Shown: positions 58,084 to 64,000 of the stretch, in pieces
How the letters are laid out: each line of letters opens with the position of its first letter
How positions within the stretch are numbered: the first letter of the stretch is position 1
Assembly: GCA_045133355.1 (NCBI GenBank)
Contig: JBGUUB010000087.1
Coordinates: 11,970 to 75,969, forward strand
Source: Acutalibacteraceae bacterium
GTDB taxonomy: Bacteria; Bacillota; Clostridia; Oscillospirales; Acutalibacteraceae
Length of the DNA: 64,000 nucleotides
Direction: 5' to 3'
Made by a program: the position numbers and the translations under genes
The notes under the pieces: model-generated
Seen by the model: the letters and a program-made list of their open reading frames with translations, nothing else
Database searches by the model: none
Told to the model about the DNA's origin: nothing

Positions 58084-59057
58084 TATAAATTAATTCTACA
58101 AAGCCCCAAAAGAGAGCCAAAACCGTAGCAAATGTGAAATAGGGGATAAAGCCAAATATTTATGATTCCGTATATTGGCTTTGTTTTAATAAAAGAATAA
58201 TAAAGATCGAGTAAAAAGTAACATCCGATCTCAATAGAAAATAGCCATCTAAACCACTCAAACCATATACATAGCAAAGGCAAAAATAATAATGACATCA
58301 AAAAAATAAAAGGAATAAAATGCCTTACACTCATTGCTTTGGGATTTTCTTTTATTGTCCGGAATAATGCATTCCCATTTTGTAATCCCATCTTTAAAAC
58401 ATCTTTAATAGTATCTCTACAATAGTATTTAAAACAAATATCTTCTGCAAGCCATATTTTACCGCCGTTTTGACGAATTCTTGAATTCATGTCATTATCT
58501 TCGCTGCGAATCAGTTTTGTATTAAACAAGCCTATTTTTTCAAAAACTTCTCGCCTGAATGCGCCAAAAGGAACTGTATCAACATATCGATTCCCTTCAC
58601 CGATTCTAAAATCCGAACCGCCAACACCAAACTTTGTAGAAAGCATTTTAGCAATTGCTTGACCCATAAAACCCGAGGCTTCTGTCTTTGCTATCCCGCC
58701 CACATTATCTGCGTCTGTTGTATCAAGATAATGTACGCACATTTCAATATAATTCGGATAGAAATATGAATGTGCATCCATACGGATAATATACTTTCCG
58801 CTTGCCTTCGGAATAGCCATATTAAGTGCATAAGGAGTTTTTTTATTATCATTGTGCAGCAATATTATTGGATATAAGCCTGTTTTCATGTAACTCTCAA
58901 TTATTTCTACTGTCTTATCAGTTGAGTTACCATCAATAAATATCCATTCCATTTTACTTGCAGGATATGTTTGTTTAATAAGCGAATCTATGCAACCCTG
59001 AATATATTTTTCCTCATTATATATTGGTAGTATTACTGATACAGTTATATCTTTCAT
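58080..59057 (-). CDS. family 2 glycosyltransferase with a C-terminal membrane region
   Basis: VSVILPIYNEEKYI...IDGNSTD...EDND motifs, plus TM helices at the C-terminus. Confidence 0.85.
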   Translation of the reverse strand: MKDITVSVILPIYNEEKYIQGCIDSLIKQTYPASKMEWIFIDGNSTDKTVEIIESYMKTGLYPIILLHNDNKKTPYALNMAIPKASGKYIIRMDAHSYFYPNYIEMCVHYLDTTDADNVGGIAKTEASGFMGQAIAKMLSTKFGVGGSDFRIGEGNRYVDTVPFGAFRREVFEKIGLFNTKLIRSEDNDMNSRIRQNGGKIWLAEDICFKYYCRDTIKDVLKMGLQNGNALFRTIKENPKAMSVRHFIPFIFLMSLLFLPLLCIWFEWFRWLFSIEIGCYFLLDLYYSFIKTKPIYGIINIWLYPLFHICYGFGSLLGLCRINLY

Positions 59058-59812
59058 ACCTTAATTTCCTCGCTAATCTGTTCTTCGACAATCTGTGATG
59101 CTACTCCCTCGTAATCACCCTTATAATCTTTTCCAAGCACGGCAAACACCGTCATAAACATTACCCTGATATCTGCCCAAAAGCTAAAATGTTCAATCCC
59201 TTTCAGGTTATAGTACATCTTTTCGGGGAGTATCTTTTCTATGTAAATTTTATCGGTATCATCCGCGTCATCAAGCAGCTTCGCTTCGTCCTTGTAATAT
59301 ATACTTGCAAGACTTGTTACGCCTGCAGGAAGCAACAGAGTAGCCATCATTTCATTGGTGTATTCAGCAACGAAACGAGGACTTTCCGGTCTCACACCAA
59401 CCAGAGTAAGTTTTCCGGAAATAGTATCATAAAGCTGTGCAATTTCATCCAACCGACAGCGGCGAATAAATCGACCGATCCTTGTGACACGGTTATCATT
59501 GTTTACCGTCACTTGGGAACCTTTGTCTGCATTCTGTACCATTGTACGAAACTTATGGATTCGGAACTTCCTTCCGTATTGAGTGACACGCTCCTGCCGA
59601 TAAAATACTGGACCCGGTGAATCAATCTTTATGGCAATCGCTAAAATCAAGAATACGGGGGACAGAACAACAAGCATAATTAGAGATGCAACAAGATCAA
59701 ATGCTCTCTTAAAAAACAAACTTGCTTTCCTATTTTTCAGAATATCATAATACTTTCTGACTTCCTCTGTCTGCATTTCCGAAGGCAGCTGTTCCCAATT
59801 GATGATCTTCAC
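59054..59812 (-). CDS. small monotopic phosphoglycosyl transferase (PglC/WcfS/EpsL-like initiating sugar transferase)
   Basis: Bacterial sugar transferase core (KRAFDLV...GPVFYRQERVTQYGRKFRIHKFRTM...VGVRPE). Confidence 0.88.
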   Translation of the reverse strand: MKIINWEQLPSEMQTEEVRKYYDILKNRKASLFFKRAFDLVASLIMLVVLSPVFLILAIAIKIDSPGPVFYRQERVTQYGRKFRIHKFRTMVQNADKGSQVTVNNDNRVTRIGRFIRRCRLDEIAQLYDTISGKLTLVGVRPESPRFVAEYTNEMMATLLLPAGVTSLASIYYKDEAKLLDDADDTDKIYIEKILPEKMYYNLKGIEHFSFWADIRVMFMTVFAVLGKDYKGDYEGVASQIVEEQISEEIKV

Positions 59813-61030
59813 TTATATGTACTCCTTCACAACTTCTGCATATTGCTTGATCACATACTCCACATCCTCATCTGTCAGGCAGGTATGAAGCGGGAGGGAA
59901 ATCTCATTTTTGTAGTGAGCATATGCATTGGGATAATCTTTAATATCAAAGCCCAAGTTTCTGTATGCCGTATGCATAGGCAACGGCTTATAATGAACAT
60001 TGGAAGCAACTCCCCGTTCCGCCATTTTGAAAATTATTTCATTGCGCTGCTCAAGCGTGATACTGGGAATTCGTGTCAGATACAAATGACCCGAAGATTC
60101 CCACTCGTCGGTATAATGGTCAAGCGTTTCAACGCCAAGTTGATTAAACGCCGCATCGTACTTTTCAATAATCTCTTTTCTGCGCTTCAGCATATCGGGG
60201 TATCGCTCGAATTGCTTGAGTCCGATTGCAGCCACAACATCAGTCATATTGCACTTGTAATATGTACCAACAATATCGTACTCCCAGGCACCCAGTTTTG
60301 TCTTGGCAAGAGCATCTTTCGACTGACCGTGCAAGCTGAGCAATTGCAACTTTTTATAAATATCCTCATTACTGATTCCCGGAATCGTTCTCCATGTCAG
60401 AGCACCGCCTTCTGCTGTAGTAATGTTCTTGACCGCATGGAAGCTGAAGCTGGAAAAATCAGCAACAGAACCAATCATCTTATCGTGCCATTTAGCACCA
60501 AAGGCATGAGCCGTGTCAGCCATAATTGCCACTCTACCAAGCGCAGATTGAATTTCATTGCTTGGCTTGAATAACTGTTTCTTGCGCTCAACAATTTCAA
60601 ATATTCTGTCATACTCGCATGGGATACCTGCCAGATCAATGGGAATGATAGCTTTTGTATTTTCGTTGATTGCCGCTTCAAGGGCATCATAGTCCATTTC
60701 AAGACCATCTTTCTGCGTATCAATCAGCACGATTTTTGCACCGACATGAGCAATTACTGAAGCAGAAGCTGTGTAAGTGTATGCACAAGTGATAACTTCG
60801 TCACCTGCCCCAATACCCATAACACGGAGCGCCATTTCAGCGCAGGCAGTCTGGGAATTAAGACATACACATTTGTCCGTGCCTACCCATTCGGCAATAT
60901 TCTTTTCAAGTTGCTTTGTTCTCGGCCCCGTTGTAATCCATCCGGATTTTAGAGCTTCAATCACTTCAGCGATTTCAAGCTCGCTGATGTCCGGGGGACT
61001 AAACGGAATCATTCTTTTATTTTCCGTCAT
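59813..61030 (-). CDS. DegT/DnrJ/EryC1-family PLP-dependent sugar aminotransferase
   Basis: IPFSPPDI N-terminus and the SFHAVKNITTAEGG lysine motif. Confidence 0.9.
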   Translation of the reverse strand: MTENKRMIPFSPPDISELEIAEVIEALKSGWITTGPRTKQLEKNIAEWVGTDKCVCLNSQTACAEMALRVMGIGAGDEVITCAYTYTASASVIAHVGAKIVLIDTQKDGLEMDYDALEAAINENTKAIIPIDLAGIPCEYDRIFEIVERKKQLFKPSNEIQSALGRVAIMADTAHAFGAKWHDKMIGSVADFSSFSFHAVKNITTAEGGALTWRTIPGISNEDIYKKLQLLSLHGQSKDALAKTKLGAWEYDIVGTYYKCNMTDVVAAIGLKQFERYPDMLKRRKEIIEKYDAAFNQLGVETLDHYTDEWESSGHLYLTRIPSITLEQRNEIIFKMAERGVASNVHYKPLPMHTAYRNLGFDIKDYPNAYAHYKNEISLPLHTCLTDEDVEYVIKQYAEVVKEYI

Positions 61031-61062
61031 TGTGCTATTTCCTCTTCGCAAGCGTGTATATT

Positions 61063-61326
61063 TTAGAAAAAGCTCGGTTCAGAACCGTTTAATGCCTTGT
61101 GTTCCTTGACCCAATCAGCATCCATATCTGTAACGGGCGGTTGCCAAGCCTGTAATTCAAGAACAAGTGAGCTGTCCTTTGATTTGATAGAGGTGACCAC
61201 ATATTTTTTATAAAGATCACTATCCTTAAATTCATCTTTGGATGCAAATCCATACTGCTTACCATCGGCAATACAAATAAAATTTCCACAAACAACCTTT
61301 ATAACATCTTCAAATCTCATCATCAT
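61063..61326 (-). CDS. hypothetical small protein
   Basis: 87-aa ORF filling the gap between the helicase and the aminotransferase gene. No family recognised. Confidence 0.4.
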   Translation of the reverse strand: MMMRFEDVIKVVCGNFICIADGKQYGFASKDEFKDSDLYKKYVVTSIKSKDSSLVLELQAWQPPVTDMDADWVKEHKALNGSEPSFF

Positions 61327-61368
61327 TCTTATCTCACCTTTAAGTTATTTGTTTAAGGATAATAAGAA

Positions 61369-64000
61369 CTAATCCCATATCATATTAATTGCGTCTAATT
61401 TATCAATCTGCTGTGGAGTTAATTTTTCCTTGTTTTTTCGCTGACCTCTTATCCATACTCCGAGCATAAATCCGTTTTCACATTTGAATGCAGCAGGTAC
61501 CATTAAATTTCCGTATTCATTCAGATAATTATTTGCTAATGAAAAAGCGTTTTCCCATGCTCGCTGCTTAGGCAATAACCAATCGATTTTCAACTCGTTG
61601 AGCAGAGCTGTTTTTTCGGGGCTGAGTTTTCCGTCCCTAAAAGCGCATTTCTGACTTTCTAACCAAGCAAATAAATCCTGTCCGTCGCTCGTTTTGTACG
61701 CACGCGGCATAGAGGAAATATCATTATTCTTTTTATAATATTTTTTGGCTTCTTCGAAATTCTGATACCATTTAGCGTCTGCAATGCTCCAAATCATCCT
61801 GATTGAGTTCAAACGGTCAATTTTATCTTGCGACAATTTTCTCTGTTTGTCCTTTGTGATTAAATTAGTCCGTTGATTGGTTAACCACGCGCCCAATTTA
61901 TACCCATCCGGACAAATGTATCTTATCGGTACGAGAAGATTACCGAATGAATCATAATATTCCTTTGCATGGCGAAATCCAATTTCCCAAGGCGGCTCGT
62001 TATCCCATACAATACCCAATTCATTTAATTTATCGGTTTTTTCTCGGCTGAGCTTACCCTTGCGCTTGTTTTCCTTCTGATGCTCAAGCCAAATATGAAT
62101 GTTTTTACCGTTTTTCGATAGAAGATTTTTCGGAACATTTAAATTGCCATGCTCCGAATAGTATTTTTTCGCTTCTGAATACTGTTCTTCCCAAGCAATA
62201 TCAAGCCTCGACTTGTTTTTAACAACGCCTACGGATTTAAGCATTTTAGACTGTTCGGCTGTTAATTCTTTACCCTTAACTTTTCCGTTAAAACGCGCAA
62301 TTTGCTCTGAGAGCCATCTTGCCACCCATACGCCCTCATCGACATAATCCGCAGGCATATTAATATTCCCGAATTTATCGTAGTACTTTTTCACAAGCTT
62401 GAATTTTTGTTCCCAAGAATCTTCTGACCGCCATATCATTCCTATAGCTTCAAGCCTTTTAATTTTTTCTTTTGAGAGCGAGTTCGGATATTTATCGCGC
62501 TGATTATGTATCCACCGTCCTAATCTACAGCCCGTATCCGTAATAAATCCTGCAGGAACCTTAAGATTTCCCTTCGTTTTATAATACCTGCAGGCTTCTT
62601 GATAGAATTTTTCCCAATTCAACTCAGTTTTTCCATCCCAAAGCATTCCGAGCTCATCCAATTTTGCAATCTGCAAATTTGTAAGCTCTGCCCTTTTGGT
62701 ATTTTTATTTTTTCTTGCCGATCGAAGCGCAGAAATCCAAGCACCTAATTTAATTCCGCTTTTATCCACATAGTAAGACGGTACATCTAAATTCCCGTGT
62801 TCCCTATGATATAAAACTGCGGAATTATAGTATTTTTCCCAAAGATAATCGGGGACATCCCAAATCATACCTATCTTATCCAAATCTGAGATTCTTTCCG
62901 GCGTTAGTGTCGCGGTATGAGTCCCGTTCTTCCTGTAATTGCGCAGCTGAGAAATCCATCTGGCAAGATTTACGCCGTCATATTCCTCTTCAGTAACAGG
63001 AACGCGCAAATTCCCGTGTTCTTCATAGTACTTTTGTGCGGCTTTGTAATAGGTATTCCATTTAATATCATTCATATTTTCCCAACGCATACCTATTGCT
63101 TCTAATTTTTGAATTTGTGCGTCGGACAGATTTCCTTTTACTCTTCCCGAATACACCGATCTTTGCGTATTGAGCCAAGAACCGAGGGTGTAACCGTCAG
63201 AAGTTATATATCGTTTCGGAACATTTAAATTACCGTTTTCACGGTAATATTCCTCTGCGCAGGTATACATAATGTCCCAAGAAGACGACAGTACCCCTTC
63301 AAGCTTATCAAAGAGCTTTTTACATTCCTTGACCTCGTCTATTATTTTGAAATGCTCGTTAACAACCGCATTATCGTCGCCGTGAAAACGGTAATAGGCG
63401 GTTGCAACCTGCATTTCCTCCTCTATTGCGTCAACGCTGTAAAGATTTTCAATGTTAAGCACAATATCAAAGATAACCGCATCATTATCCTTGCTTGCAG
63501 ACAAAGCACGCCCGATTTGCTGTTTGTAAATAATCGGGGAGACGGTGGGGCGCAGTAAAATAACCCCGCTAACATTTTCAATATGTATTCCTTCATTTAG
63601 CATATCAATGCAATATAACAGCTTTAAATGCTCGCTGTTATCCGCCTTGAAATCACTAAATTCTCTGCTTGTTTCGGGATCGTTTGAATATGCAGAATAA
63701 ATATGAGGATTTTGATCTATTCTTTTAAACCAGTCGGAGGAAAGCTCAATCATTTCACGCATATGATCAATATTAGAGCAGAAGACAATATATTTTCCCG
63801 CGCGGTCCGGTATATGCTTATGAAAAATTTCGTCAATACCCTCCGCTTTTTCCAAGGCGCGCTTTAACGCCTCAAGATACTTTTCTCCAGCATCCCGCGC
63901 CGCCTTGCTTTTAGCCTTGCTTATTCGCTTCTGATATTTTTCGAGACCGTTTTGATACGAAAAAACCGAAAGTACATATTTAGGCGGATTTAATATTCCT
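61369..64000 (-). CDS. SF2 helicase C-terminal domain followed by nine helicase-associated (HA) repeats; 5' end lies outside the window
   Basis: Helicase motif VI-like QQIGRALS. My translation upstream of the track's TTG start stays open to position 64000. The HA motif W..Y..A..YY.EHGNL.VP...G..LG.W recurs 9 times. Confidence 0.85.
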   Translation of the reverse strand, partial: GILNPPKYVLSVFSYQNGLEKYQKRISKAKSKAARDAGEKYLEALKRALEKAEGIDEIFHKHIPDRAGKYIVFCSNIDHMREMIELSSDWFKRIDQNPHIYSAYSNDPETSREFSDFKADNSEHLKLLYCIDMLNEGIHIENVSGVILLRPTVSPIIYKQQIGRALSASKDNDAVIFDIVLNIENLYSVDAIEEEMQVATAYYRFHGDDNAVVNEHFKIIDEVKECKKLFDKLEGVLSSSWDIMYTCAEEYYRENGNLNVPKRYITSDGYTLGSWLNTQRSVYSGRVKGNLSDAQIQKLEAIGMRWENMNDIKWNTYYKAAQKYYEEHGNLRVPVTEEEYDGVNLARWISQLRNYRKNGTHTATLTPERISDLDKIGMIWDVPDYLWEKYYNSAVLYHREHGNLDVPSYYVDKSGIKLGAWISALRSARKNKNTKRAELTNLQIAKLDELGMLWDGKTELNWEKFYQEACRYYKTKGNLKVPAGFITDTGCRLGRWIHNQRDKYPNSLSKEKIKRLEAIGMIWRSEDSWEQKFKLVKKYYDKFGNINMPADYVDEGVWVARWLSEQIARFNGKVKGKELTAEQSKMLKSVGVVKNKSRLDIAWEEQYSEAKKYYSEHGNLNVPKNLLSKNGKNIHIWLEHQKENKRKGKLSREKTDKLNELGIVWDNEPPWEIGFRHAKEYYDSFGNLLVPIRYICPDGYKLGAWLTNQRTNLITKDKQRKLSQDKIDRLNSIRMIWSIADAKWYQNFEEAKKYYKKNNDISSMPRAYKTSDGQDLFAWLESQKCAFRDGKLSPEKTALLNELKIDWLLPKQRAWENAFSLANNYLNEYGNLMVPAAFKCENGFMLGVWIRGQRKNKEKLTPQQIDKLDAINMIWD
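61372..63279 (-). repeat. array of nine roughly 70-aa HA-domain protein repeats
   Basis: GNL.VP cores: ENGNLNVP, EHGNLRVP, EHGNLDVP, TKGNLKVP, KFGNINMP, EHGNLNVP, SFGNLLVP, a degenerate NNDISSMP, and EYGNLMVP. Confidence 0.8.

Larger units (their letters stand above)
41453..61051 (-). other. Wzx/Wzy-dependent polysaccharide (capsule/EPS/O-antigen-like) biosynthesis locus
   Basis: About 19 co-oriented, tightly packed genes: initiating transferase, aminotransferase, GTs, Wzy, Wzx, LicD x2, nucleotide-sugar genes. Confidence 0.85.

Noticed and set aside
59843-60574. 243-aa plus-strand ORF
   Set aside because: It is antisense to the DegT aminotransferase gene and has no motifs. The minus-strand frame has clear family signatures.
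61372-63279. Periodic roughly 210-bp repeats considered as a DNA-level tandem repeat or CRISPR-like array
   Set aside because: The periodicity is at the protein level (HA domains). The DNA copies are strongly diverged, and the region is one continuous ORF.
1-64000. tRNA, rRNA, CRISPR arrays, IS transposases and recognisable defence systems (RM, CBASS, retron, toxin-antitoxin)
   Set aside because: I scanned the intergenic regions and the ORF list by eye and found none. The intergenic spacers are short and are explained by promoters, terminators and the palindromic repeats. A covariance-model scan is still needed to be certain.

Overview
This window looks like a chromosomal segment from a Firmicutes/Clostridia-type genome; that assignment is inferred from gene content and I ran no database search. 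It has two parts. Positions 1-36.2 kb are housekeeping: gap, a long minus-strand dcw cell-division/peptidoglycan cluster (mraZ to ftsZ), ppa, trmL, pgk-tpiA-gpmI, a LysR regulator, a DUF421/DUF4363 pair, an amino-acid ABC transporter, a DUF5685/J-domain/membrane-protein operon, a GH25 lysozyme and uvrBA. Positions 36.2-64 kb look more AT-rich by eye (GC not computed) and appear accessory. This part starts with a compact integrative module directly upstream of uvrB, holding two tandem tyrosine recombinases, Xis, a Cys-rich peptide, a sigma-like protein, a Com-like zinc ribbon and an ImmA/IrrE protease, all behind a consensus promoter carrying a LexA-type box. A roughly 20 kb Wzx/Wzy-type polysaccharide locus follows, with capE/F/G-like L-FucNAc genes, glycosyltransferases, two LicD genes, a PglC-like initiating transferase and a DegT aminotransferase. 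Last is a 5'-truncated helicase with nine helicase-associated (HA) repeats. I found no rRNA, tRNA, CRISPR array or transposase. The best candidates for something undescribed are: (1) a TPP-enzyme/SDR/IspD-like/LicD cassette inside the polysaccharide locus; (2) the apparently SOS-wired integrase module, which has no recognisable repressor, replication or transfer genes; (3) the DUF5685 / cysteine-string J-protein / membrane-protein operon; and (4) a 120-130 bp multi-hairpin intergenic repeat family with three copies in about 7.6 kb. All functional calls rest on motif and family recognition from the translations. None has been verified by search.
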